IMG/VR virus record: IMGVR_UViG_3300011918_000001
Origin: a virus
Reading direction: 5' to 3' (one strand)
Length of the DNA: 40,528 bases
A program made the position numbers and the translations under genes. Shown here piece by piece: positions 33,088-40,528 of the stretch. Every line of letters begins with the position of its first letter. Positions within the stretch are counted from its first letter, which is position 1. Under the pieces are notes generated by a model that did not search any database, was not told where the DNA came from, and saw only the letters and a program-made list of their open reading frames with translations.

Positions 33088-34035
33088 TTACTTACCTCCA
33101 CTTTGTTTTACAGATAGTCGCTGACTCTCAGCTCCTACCTTCTTAGGGACAAACCCTAATAGTTTTTCTACCTCATCACTGTCAACTGACTCGCGCCCTT
33201 TAACAGTTGTCCAACTTACTTCGATACCTGAATTAGTAGTACCCAGTACTCCTTCGAAGGATGTCTTCAAAGATTCCTGCTGCTTTTCTAACTCTTTGAT
33301 CTGTACTGCTAACTGTAGATACAACAATGCGTTCTTGTCAACATCTGCATCATCAATCAGTACATCACTGACTGGTGTACGTTCTTTTTTTAGACCAACG
33401 CATCCCATCTGCCCACTTGCGTCATAGAACTTGCAGTAGAACTGACAGTAACTTGCATCCTTTTCTGGTGCTGGCGCTTCCTTTGCTTCCTTAACAGCCG
33501 CTAGCCAACCGAGTGCTTCTAGTGCAATGGACTCATCGTAGTCTTCGGTGTGAACCTTGACATCTCTTTCGTCCCCGTCCCTGGCAATTGCTACCAGTGA
33601 CACTCGGTTGACCGCATAGCCGTTCTTAGCTAGGAGGTAGCCGTATAGCTGCACCTGCCACCGCTGTTGCGTTGATGGAAAGTATCCAAGGTTCTTAATC
33701 TTAGATGTCTTCCAGTCAATCACATCACCGGTGCCTGGTACAAAACAGTCAATGTGTGCTTTCATTCCGTTGTATTCAACTTCGGTTTCAATCAGCACAT
33801 CTGGATTATCTGCTAACGCTTTCTCAATCTCTGCGTGGATAGCAGTACCCATAATCGCAGCAAGTTTTAGTTCGTTATCATTAGTTTCAGGTTGATCGTT
33901 AAGTCGGTACCACACCTTACGACGACAGCCACCTACCTCTGATGGACCAATCTGTACCTGTGTAGATCGTGAACGCTTGGCATCTCCTGCACGTAGTGCA
34001 GTAAGTAATAATTCTTTTGGATCAGTTGCTGTCAT
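33088..34035 (-). CDS. Cas4/RecB-like PD-(D/E)xK exonuclease with an Fe-S Cys cluster
   Basis: GGCRRKVWY, HIDCF...GDVIDWKTSK, QVQLYGYLL, and CQFYCKFYDASGQMGC. Confidence 0.75.
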   Translation of the reverse strand: MTATDPKELLLTALRAGDAKRSRSTQVQIGPSEVGGCRRKVWYRLNDQPETNDNELKLAAIMGTAIHAEIEKALADNPDVLIETEVEYNGMKAHIDCFVPGTGDVIDWKTSKIKNLGYFPSTQQRWQVQLYGYLLAKNGYAVNRVSLVAIARDGDERDVKVHTEDYDESIALEALGWLAAVKEAKEAPAPEKDASYCQFYCKFYDASGQMGCVGLKKERTPVSDVLIDDADVDKNALLYLQLAVQIKELEKQQESLKTSFEGVLGTTNSGIEVSWTTVKGRESVDSDEVEKLLGFVPKKVGAESQRLSVKQSGGK

Positions 34036-34144
34036 TGTTATTCTCTTCTTCTAACTTGTACGCTAAACGACAAGCCTTCCAACCCATATCATAAAAGTAA
34101 TGAGCAGCATACTCATCTGTCATTGGTATTGAATTAACTTCCAT
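34022..34144 (-). CDS. Possible 40-aa ORF
   Basis: MEVNSIPMTDEYAAHYFYDMGWKACRLAYKLEEENNNDSN. It fills the gap between two genes. Confidence 0.3.
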   Translation of the reverse strand: MEVNSIPMTDEYAAHYFYDMGWKACRLAYKLEEENNNDSN

Positions 34145-34152
34145 AGCTCCTC

Positions 34153-34722
34153 CTAGAACCGTTCTTGTACTACTAACTGTATGGGCTTACCAGTGTTAGC
34201 GTCAAGTACCGAAGCAATCTCTACGGCTTTACGGGCGTGTCGCTTTGCATAGGCTAACTCCATATCAGGCTTGACAATTGAATAGAGATAGCCAAGAGCA
34301 AGCTGGCCCCCACTACCGATACCGTACGCTCCGTGATTTGCTTGGAAAAAAGAGAGATCACAAGCAATGCGAAAGATATTACCGTTAAAAGCAATGAGAT
34401 AATCGAAGCCACCATCTTTGTCCACCTTGTTGTAGTCGTAGTTGTTGTCGTTAAACGCTGTAAGAATACTGGGTATAACCTTCTTACCCATAAATTGTGC
34501 TGGCTCTTCACCACGATAGAGCGGTGGCTTCCAGTTGTATGCAAGGATGTCACCTGGTCTAGTGTCCCCTGAGATACCGATGAGATACTTACCGACCTCA
34601 AGAATTTTCGGAGTACTGGTGGCTAACGTTACTAGGTTGTCCTCGGTAATCTGGCTATCAGCCACGAGTACGGCGTAATCAATACCTTCCAAAGCTGCGA
34701 TTGTGGTCATAGGTTTTATCAT
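34153..34722 (-). CDS. Proteasome-beta/HslV-like Ntn hydrolase
   Basis: TTIAALEGIDYAVLVADSQ...TPKILEV...GISGD...YGIGSGGQLALGY. The alternative start at 34710 gives MTTI as in HslV. Confidence 0.75.
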   Translation of the reverse strand: MIKPMTTIAALEGIDYAVLVADSQITEDNLVTLATSTPKILEVGKYLIGISGDTRPGDILAYNWKPPLYRGEEPAQFMGKKVIPSILTAFNDNNYDYNKVDKDGGFDYLIAFNGNIFRIACDLSFFQANHGAYGIGSGGQLALGYLYSIVKPDMELAYAKRHARKAVEIASVLDANTGKPIQLVVQERF

Positions 34723-34871
34723 ACCAGTAACATCGGCGTGTCGTCGCTATGCGACACCTACTAGGCGTGTACAATTCGAGCCGTAAGGCGAGATAAACAG
34801 ACGGCCCTTGTCAGGGCCGAGGCGAAGCCGAGAGGCGACTGACCACAGGAAGGAGCCGTGCCGAGTATACT

Positions 34872-35129
34872 ATGCTCCGTCTACCAATCCTGTCGAAAAT
34901 ACGTCAGCGTATAGCTGACATACGATACCTCCCACAGGTCACAGGAGCCGATTTGCGGGGTTTAGGACCCATCCACGTATGTAGTTGTGGCTCCCAAGTC
35001 TTTAACGTTATGGCCTCCTTTGAAGACTTTGAACTGGTCTGGTACTTCCTCGATGCTACCTGTGTCAACTGCGGTAATCTGGTAGTTGTACCCTGTCCAG
35101 TAGATAAAGATGCGCCACAAACTCACTGA
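34872..35129 (+). CDS. Zinc-ribbon protein (85 aa)
   Basis: CSCGSQVF...CVNCG. The SD is poor. Confidence 0.45.
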   Translation: MLRLPILSKIRQRIADIRYLPQVTGADLRGLGPIHVCSCGSQVFNVMASFEDFELVWYFLDATCVNCGNLVVVPCPVDKDAPQTH

Positions 35130-35460
35130 GATTGACGAAGCAGAACGCACAGGATTGTGCTCAATTTGTGGCCCCACAAGAATAAAGATACGAGACAAGT
35201 CAAAGCCTATCTCTGGTAGGTACCGCTGTAATACCATCTACAAGATCAATCAGATGAAGGCACGCTCTCCCTACCACGCCTATCGCAAGGAGTACTGCGA
35301 GCAGTGTAGCTTTAGACCAGTACACATCTCTCAGTTAGATGTAGACCACATAGACGGTGACCGCTTCAATAATGCGCCACACAATCTACGCACCTTGTGT
35401 GCTAACTGCCACAGACTCAAGACTCACCTATCAGGAGATAGCAACTCAGGCATATTTTAG
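35110..35460 (+). CDS. HNH endonuclease
   Basis: LDVDHIDGDRFNNAPHNLRTLCANCHRLKT, plus an N-terminal CxxC. Confidence 0.85.
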   Translation: MRHKLTEIDEAERTGLCSICGPTRIKIRDKSKPISGRYRCNTIYKINQMKARSPYHAYRKEYCEQCSFRPVHISQLDVDHIDGDRFNNAPHNLRTLCANCHRLKTHLSGDSNSGIF

Positions 35461-35463
35461 GGA

Positions 35464-35496
35464 CAAAAAAAGAAGCCCACCCCTTTCGGGGTGAGC
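35464..35496 (-). terminator. Intrinsic terminator ending the late operon (also faces the HNH islet)
   Basis: On the minus strand it reads GCTCACCCC-GAAA-GGGGTGGGC followed by TTCTTTTTTTG. Confidence 0.8.
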
Positions 35497-35520
35497 CTCT
35501 TCGTTGCCTCGCGCTATGGG

Positions 35521-35706
35521 TTACTTAGACCCACGACCAAACTCTGTAGCTGATGGGTCTAGCCACTTGAGTAGTGGACCAGCAAGGCCAGCCGCTGCTG
35601 CCATTGCTAAAGTCTTGAGGTCTGTCTCACCTGCAAGGTAAAGTGCTACAGCAGATGCTGCTGCTGCACGAAACCAAGTGAGCGCTAGTTGTTTGAATTG
35701 CTCCAT
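35521..35706 (-). CDS. Holin-like membrane protein (r1t-type)
   Basis: 61 aa with Ala-rich TM segments, AAAASAVALYLAG and AMAAAAGLAGPLL. It is the last gene of the lysis cassette. Confidence 0.5.
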   Translation of the reverse strand: MEQFKQLALTWFRAAAASAVALYLAGETDLKTLAMAAAAGLAGPLLKWLDPSATEFGRGSK

Positions 35707-35724
35707 TATATCCTCCTAGGGGAT

Positions 35725-36228
35725 TTAGGGTTTTGTACCGTGCAACTTGCAACAGGTACAAACTTCAGTCTTGTATGCCTTCTTAGCAGGCACGGTTTTC
35801 ATATTGGCAATGATTTGATTAACAACCTTTGGCTGGTTCATCCACCAGAACCAAGGACTAGTATCGTCACCATAACCATCGTTAATAGAAATGTGTAAGT
35901 GTTTTGTGTGCGGGTTGCTACCAGTATAAGGGCGATTTCCAAGGCGAGCCTTGTCCTTCGACCAAATCTTCTTGTTGAAAATAAGGTACTTAACTCGTTT
36001 GTCTTCTTTAAGTTTTTCGAATATGTCACTACAGTCAACCCCACTTTCGGGATCGTGCGTTAAATCAACTGCATACCCTGTGTTGTGGTCTGAGTTAGGA
36101 CTCTGTTTGATGTGCGCTGCCGATGGAAGCAATCCATCTGAGGCTTTCTTCCGAGAAGGTGATATCGCCGTGGCTTGTCGAAGTACAGCAATAGCGGCAG
36201 GTGTGGCTCGTTTCGCAACAGGTTTCAT
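35725..36228 (-). CDS. Endolysin, LAS/M15-type zinc peptidase
   Basis: SDHNTGYAVDL and HTKHLHIS supply the His/Asp/His zinc ligands. Confidence 0.8.
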   Translation of the reverse strand: MKPVAKRATPAAIAVLRQATAISPSRKKASDGLLPSAAHIKQSPNSDHNTGYAVDLTHDPESGVDCSDIFEKLKEDKRVKYLIFNKKIWSKDKARLGNRPYTGSNPHTKHLHISINDGYGDDTSPWFWWMNQPKVVNQIIANMKTVPAKKAYKTEVCTCCKLHGTKP

Positions 36229-36264
36229 TCATAGTTCCTTCTTTGTGAGTGGCTTACAATGTAC

Positions 36265-36642
36265 TTACGGTAACAAGATGATGCGGAAATCAGTAAACTC
36301 GTTAGTCCAAATATTTGTTGCAATAGTTACCGTGCCAGTTGTATTAGATCCTGTGTATGAAGTCTCATCTGAGCCATTAACAAAGATAACCTTGGCAACT
36401 GAACAGTCAACACTTATACCAGTTACGGTAACAGAGCTGACCTTGATTCCATTATTACGACTATTGCCGTATTCAAAGGAAGTTGTAACCCCATCTGAAT
36501 CACAAGCAACTGCCTCATTTTGTCCAACTGCTGCAAAGAATGGGCTGGTAATTACTAACGGTGCAATAGCATAAACAGTTCCTGTTAAAAGTGTTGTGCT
36601 AACTAAAACTGAAATGATGAAAAGTCTTTTAGTGTTTTTAAT
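36265..36642 (-). CDS. Secreted protein candidate (125 aa) with a non-canonical ATT start
   Basis: The hand-translated open frame reads IKNTKRLFIISVLVSTTLLTGTVYA-IAPLV... There is no ATG, GTG or TTG before the last few codons. GAAGGA lies 7 nt upstream of the ATT, and the ATT overlaps the upstream TAA. Confidence 0.45.
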   Translation of the reverse strand: MKNTKRLFIISVLVSTTLLTGTVYAIAPLVITSPFFAAVGQNEAVACDSDGVTTSFEYGNSRNNGIKVSSVTVTGISVDCSVAKVIFVNGSDETSYTGSNTTGTVTIATNIWTNEFTDFRIILLP

Positions 36643-36910
36643 TTTCTTTTCCTTCGTTATGCGATTGTAGGTGGTCTGCTACTCTTTGTTTAATTGCTGC
36701 TTGTTCAACCAATAAGGTAGTTATGTTATCATTGTTCTTTTGAGTTATAGGCAATATCTGTAACTTAATTAAATCGTTGAGGCTTTCACCACCATTAGGG
36801 CGCAGTTCCCATAGATAATGTTTAACCATCCAACGGAACAAAGCAGCAAAGCCACCTATTACTGTACATACGGCTACTGCTATTGCTGCGTAGTCTTCTG
36901 GTTGCATCAT
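36638..36910 (-). CDS. Single-TM membrane protein (holin-associated candidate)
   Basis: AAIAVAVCTVIGGFAALF followed by ELRPNGGESLNDL. Confidence 0.55.
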   Translation of the reverse strand: MMQPEDYAAIAVAVCTVIGGFAALFRWMVKHYLWELRPNGGESLNDLIKLQILPITQKNNDNITTLLVEQAAIKQRVADHLQSHNEGKEN

Positions 36911-38847
36911 ACCGTCCTTATTGTGACTAATAAAAGGCCGCCGTATCCCGAAAACCTTTTATCTGATGGTGTGTTGTTTCTAAAATCCATCTCTTCAATG
37001 ATGCCAAGGTATGACTCACCAGTTCTAAAGTCTTGAATCTGGATGGTATCTCCATTGTTTTCAATTAACTCTAGTTGACTCATACGATCATAGGCTGCAC
37101 CTTCAAAGCCAACCTCGACTCCGAAGTGGTCTGTCTCGTGGTCAAAGCAAGATAGTGGATATTGAATCAATCTCTGACGTGGTGTTGCAGGTAGTGAACG
37201 TAGCTGGTAACCAGTAAACAATGGCCCCTTAGCTGAGTTGGTACTAGAACGAGTTAATGTAAACTGAAAGCCAAGATACTCTTGGGCAGTTTGTGGGTAG
37301 TTAATATTGATCTGAGGTACAGCAGACTCTTGACCAAAGACACCGATAGTGTAGAAGTTATTAGAAGCATCTACTGATTGGATAGTAACGCCACCATTGG
37401 CGGTATCTACACGAGCCTGCATCAACTTAAAGATCTTAGCCTCTAGTGTGTTGTATCGGATATAACCGGTACGTAAGTATCCACTTGGTACTAGGGTAGC
37501 TGCAGATTCAATCCATATTCCATCACCTGGAATACCAAAGACAACCCTATCGGTAGAGCCAAGGAAGTCTGTAGATACTGGGTTAGCAGTCTCACTGGCT
37601 GCATAAACATCCCAAGCATAGGCAAAGATGAGGCTACCAGGAACTACTGGCTGTGATAAATCAATGCGGATTAGACCTGACTCAGTACCTTGCAAGGTTG
37701 TTACATAAGCAAATTTATCTTTGAAAGTTACGCTCTTGCACTCTGTATCTACTAACAATGGTCCGTAGTTTATGTCACCATCGGCAGATAAGACTGCAAC
37801 TCTTACGCCTTTATTAGTGCAAAGAACTCCAAAGGTACCAAGGTATACATCAAAGGCGTTTAGTATCTCACCTTCTGGCAGGTCAACAACTACAGTAGGA
37901 GTATTAAGTGTTGGGAAACCAAGAGTATTAGGAGTAGTAGGATCTAAAGTAATCTTGTATAAAGATGACAAAGATCCAGCATAGCCACCAACATAGAAAG
38001 CAGCAGGTCCTTCAGATATGGTTGTCCATATCCAGGATGGGTTTGGGTGCTCATACAGTGCGGTAGGTAAGGCGTGACCACCTGCGGTGGATGCAATGTT
38101 AGATTCTAATTCATATAACTCTCTACCCACGCCAGCAAGTAAACGTTGCTTTGCATAACGCAGTGCTACTGTGGTAACTGGACCATTAAGATCGTAGATA
38201 TGACCGTCAGATGTAGAACCAAAGATATTACCTCTATGAAGTTTGTCATTATCTGCAGCAAAATATCTAGTACCATCAGAAGTTAGCGCCATAAAATCAA
38301 GTGTGTGTGGAGCTGCTGTTAAGGTATAAGTAGTAACGGTAGGTGTATCACTACTCATAGTAAGTTTCTTAAGATCAACTCCTTCAGTAAAGACAACTGC
38401 ATCTACACTATTAGTATTATCTCTAGCACCAACTAGATATAGGTTAGTTGCTGTTGCAGCCCTAGCCCTGACTGTAGTGTTAAGCAGGGTAGCCTGTCCT
38501 TTAGTCCATACATCTAATCCCTTAGACTCTGTGTACTGAAAGCGTAGCGACTCATCTTGCTGTGGTTCATAGAACTTAATGCCAGCACCAAGGTGAAAGG
38601 ATGATTGGCTACGTAGCCACCAACCAGTTAAAGTCTGTTCTCCAGCTTCACGGCTCTGGTCAATTTGTTGCTTGCGATACTGAGCGGTGACACGACGATA
38701 AGGTGAATCGTCACTGTTGAGTAAGAAGAACGGTAGACCTGCAATAGCTACATCGTATGCTTCGCGTGTTGAGGCATAGGTACTAGCATTTGAAGGGTTG
38801 GAAAGTACGTAGGGGATGCCCTCCGTTATATCGTCGCCGTATGGCAT
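36907..38847 (-). CDS. Large tail (nozzle or tubular-B-like) structural protein
   Basis: 646 aa, beta-rich, preceded by AAAGGAG. The function is assigned from size and context only. Confidence 0.55.
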   Translation of the reverse strand: MPYGDDITEGIPYVLSNPSNASTYASTREAYDVAIAGLPFFLLNSDDSPYRRVTAQYRKQQIDQSREAGEQTLTGWWLRSQSSFHLGAGIKFYEPQQDESLRFQYTESKGLDVWTKGQATLLNTTVRARAATATNLYLVGARDNTNSVDAVVFTEGVDLKKLTMSSDTPTVTTYTLTAAPHTLDFMALTSDGTRYFAADNDKLHRGNIFGSTSDGHIYDLNGPVTTVALRYAKQRLLAGVGRELYELESNIASTAGGHALPTALYEHPNPSWIWTTISEGPAAFYVGGYAGSLSSLYKITLDPTTPNTLGFPTLNTPTVVVDLPEGEILNAFDVYLGTFGVLCTNKGVRVAVLSADGDINYGPLLVDTECKSVTFKDKFAYVTTLQGTESGLIRIDLSQPVVPGSLIFAYAWDVYAASETANPVSTDFLGSTDRVVFGIPGDGIWIESAATLVPSGYLRTGYIRYNTLEAKIFKLMQARVDTANGGVTIQSVDASNNFYTIGVFGQESAVPQININYPQTAQEYLGFQFTLTRSSTNSAKGPLFTGYQLRSLPATPRQRLIQYPLSCFDHETDHFGVEVGFEGAAYDRMSQLELIENNGDTIQIQDFRTGESYLGIIEEMDFRNNTPSDKRFSGYGGLLLVTIRTV

Positions 38848-38867
38848 CTACACTCCTTTAAGTTGGC

Positions 38868-38899
38868 ATAAAAATATGACCAGTTTATTCACTTGGTCA
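38868..38899 (-). terminator. Intrinsic terminator or attenuator inside the late block
   Basis: On the minus strand TGACCAAG-TGAATAAA-CTGGTCA is followed by TATTTTTAT, directly after the stop of 38917..39288. Confidence 0.55.
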
Positions 38900-38916
38900 G
38901 GTGATGTTACTGAAAG

Positions 38917-39288
38917 TTAAGCAGGTAGTTCTGATTCAACCCACGCTAGGGTTGGTTCATCCCACGCATAACGCTTGCCTTCTTCAACTGGCATTGGAGT
39001 TGGAGCGTTCCATACATAAGTCTCAGTATCTAGTGTCCAAGATCCGTATGGCTGTGGAGCTGCAAATCCTGTACCGTCCCAAGCGTAGCCAATGCCAGCA
39101 TAGTTCTTGCGTGTAGTGCCGTTGTAGGATGTCTGAACCCAGCGGGTATCCTCACCTAGTAGAGACTTGCAGAACATAATACCTTTAGTCTCGTTCTCTA
39201 CCCCATCAAGGAGTAGTTCATCATTAGCCACAACGATTACCTGTGTGACTAGGTTGTTCTCATCTAGTTGTGCAAAGTGTGCCATCAT
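38917..39288 (-). CDS. Conserved phage protein, fibre-assembly-like
   Basis: MAHFAQLDENNLVTQVIVVAND at the N-terminus and YAWDEPTLAWVE at the C-terminus. Confidence 0.5.
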   Translation of the reverse strand: MMAHFAQLDENNLVTQVIVVANDELLLDGVENETKGIMFCKSLLGEDTRWVQTSYNGTTRKNYAGIGYAWDGTGFAAPQPYGSWTLDTETYVWNAPTPMPVEEGKRYAWDEPTLAWVESELPA

Positions 39289-39295
39289 AGTTTCC

Positions 39296-39622
39296 TTAAT
39301 CTACTTGTGACTTTGTATATCGAACAATTATAATTCCTGAACCGCCATTCTTGCTAACCGCTGAACCGCCATCACCACCACCACCGCCACCTGAGCCAGT
39401 GTTTGCAGTACCCGCTGTTGCTGTTCCCGTACAAGTTCCCACTCCTCCGCCACCAAGACCACCAGTTGTTGATGTACCCGCATTAGAGTCAATATTTATT
39501 GAACCACCACCTCCTCCACCTGCAACTACAAGGTAGTCAACTGTAGCCAAAGGATTATAAAAAGCATTACCAACAAGGAGACTGCGACTGAACACTCCAG
39601 TCTTAAGACTTCTAATAGCCAT
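39296..39622 (-). CDS. Glycine-rich protein, short paralogue
   Basis: VDYLVVAGGGGGG...GGSGIIIVRY, the same ends as the next gene. Confidence 0.7.
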   Translation of the reverse strand: MAIRSLKTGVFSRSLLVGNAFYNPLATVDYLVVAGGGGGGSINIDSNAGTSTTGGLGGGGVGTCTGTATAGTANTGSGGGGGGDGGSAVSKNGGSGIIIVRYTKSQVD

Positions 39623-39631
39623 TGTTACTCC

Positions 39632-40492
39632 TTAGTAAGTGATTGTTCCTGAACCTGTAAACTTATAAATATGATATGAACCAGATGTTGTGTATGTAGG
39701 TGAACCTGTAGTAGATGCTGCTGCTTTAGTAGCACGAAGTATTACTACGCCTGAACCACCGCTTTGACCTGTGTAAACAGAATCACGTTTTGTTCCACCT
39801 CCGCCACCACCAGTATTTGTTGTACCAGCAGTTGCTTCAGTATCAGTACCAGCAACACCTCCAGCGGTTCCACCGCCACCAGTACCACCTGCACCGCCAG
39901 TAGCACCATTGGCACCACCACCGCCACCACCACCTGCGTATGTAACAGATGAACCACTTATAGTTGTTGCGACACCATTACCACCTGCACCGCCATTACC
40001 AACGCCACCTTCTCCACCAATAGCGCCTGCACCGCCACCACCGCTTGCGCCACCATTACTAAAATTACCACGGTAACCTTCATTGGCAGTTCCAGAAGAA
40101 TAATCGTTACTAAGACCCCAGCCATTACCACCGCCTGAGCCACCATTAGCGCCTCTTGTTCCATAATGAACGCCGCCACCGCCGCCGCCTGTAGTAGAAA
40201 CAGTTGCAAATACTGAACTTGAGCCGTTTGCTCCCAAATTGCCTGAAGCAGTTTCATTACTTCCACCACCACCTGCTCCTACAGTTATAGTGTAAGAAGT
40301 TCCTTTAGTTGCTGAAAACGCAGATGGCACAGTACCGCCTCCGCCTGTTACATCAACAGTACAGCGCAAACCACCAGCACCTCCGCCACCACCGCGGTTT
40401 CTAGCACCGCCACCGCCTCCAGCGACTACAAGGTAATCAACAGTTAAAGCACGAGGATAATTTTGAGAAGCATAAATTCCAAGAATAGGCAT
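39632..40492 (-). CDS. Glycine-rich (PGRS-like) virion protein
   Basis: VDYLVVAGGGGGA..., long GGxGG tracts, then GGSGVVILR and a beta-type C-terminus. Confidence 0.75.
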   Translation of the reverse strand: MPILGIYASQNYPRALTVDYLVVAGGGGGARNRGGGGGAGGLRCTVDVTGGGGTVPSAFSATKGTSYTITVGAGGGGSNETASGNLGANGSSSVFATVSTTGGGGGGVHYGTRGANGGSGGGNGWGLSNDYSSGTANEGYRGNFSNGGASGGGGAGAIGGEGGVGNGGAGGNGVATTISGSSVTYAGGGGGGGANGATGGAGGTGGGGTAGGVAGTDTEATAGTTNTGGGGGGTKRDSVYTGQSGGSGVVILRATKAAASTTGSPTYTTSGSYHIYKFTGSGTITY

Positions 40493-40528
40493 TAGGCAAT
40501 ATCCCCCACTATCAAGAATGTATTGGAT
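40450..40528. repeat. Terminal direct repeat copy 2
   Basis: Exact 79-bp copy of bases 1-79. Position 40492 corresponds to position 43. Confidence 0.95.

Noticed and set aside
34254-34601. ORFs 34254..34601 (minus) and 34333..34572 (plus) inside the Ntn-hydrolase gene, one with a poly-Thr run and one with a poly-Val run.
   Set aside because: These homopolymeric translations come from the gttgtagtcgtagttgttgtcgtt stretch read in the wrong frame or on the wrong strand. The proteasome-like frame is the coding one.
34962-35237. 91-aa minus-strand ORF opposite the zinc-ribbon and HNH genes.
   Set aside because: The plus-strand frames carry the CxxC and HNH motifs.
35951-36574. 207-aa plus-strand ORF spanning the endolysin 5' end and the gap upstream. 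The ORFs 35689..35898 (plus) and 35838..36044 (minus) fall in the same category.
   Set aside because: It is antisense to the M15 peptidase gene and to the signal-peptide frame. It has no SD and sits in a minus-strand operon.
39745-40272. Several ORFs on both strands inside the Gly-rich genes (39745..39957, 39764..39952, 39958..40272, 39351..39536).
   Set aside because: They are frame shadows of GGN repeats and give Val/Ala/Gln-rich or Pro-rich products.

Overview
The window is a complete double-stranded DNA phage genome. Bases 1-79 are repeated exactly at 40450-40528, so the unique length is 40,449 bp and the record is either a closed circular assembly or carries a short terminal redundancy. 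The host is inferred to be an actinobacterium, because the phage encodes a WhiB-like protein, a sigma-70/ECF-type sigma factor, an r1t-type holin and small Cys proteins of actinophage style.

No integrase, tRNA, CRISPR array, tape-measure protein or tail-tube gene is visible. The virion module therefore looks podovirus-like and lytic.

The genome is organised into four transcription blocks:
1. A roughly 27 kb late operon on the minus strand. It runs from about 22533 leftwards through the circular junction to a terminator at 35464-35496. Gene order is a small ORF, TerL, Lys-rich proteins, portal, a 1610-aa giant protein with three other large proteins, scaffold, major capsid, mini-ORFs, collagen-like fibre, glycosyltransferase, fibres, Gly-rich proteins, nozzle-like protein, and the lysis cassette.
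2. An early operon on the plus strand, 23335-27617. It consists of densely overlapping small ORFs and ends at a bidirectional terminator at 27660-27694.
3. A middle (replication and regulation) operon on the minus strand, 34722 down to 27693.
4. A two-gene zinc-ribbon plus HNH islet on the plus strand, 34872-35460.

The only large non-coding stretch is about 800 bp (22534-23334), between the diverging late and early blocks. It is packed with hairpins and iterated motifs.

The items most worth follow-up are:
- an HslV/proteasome-beta-like Ntn hydrolase
- a truncated beta-clamp homologue in a genome with no DNA polymerase
- a G-x-T collagen-like fibre gene next to an EX7E glycosyltransferase
- a signal-peptide ORF with no canonical start codon in the lysis cassette
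- four tandem zinc-ribbon micro-ORFs
- a split DnaG primase
- a family of Lys-rich mini-proteins
- two PGRS-like glycine-rich paralogues

All functional calls rest on motif recognition by eye. No database search was run.
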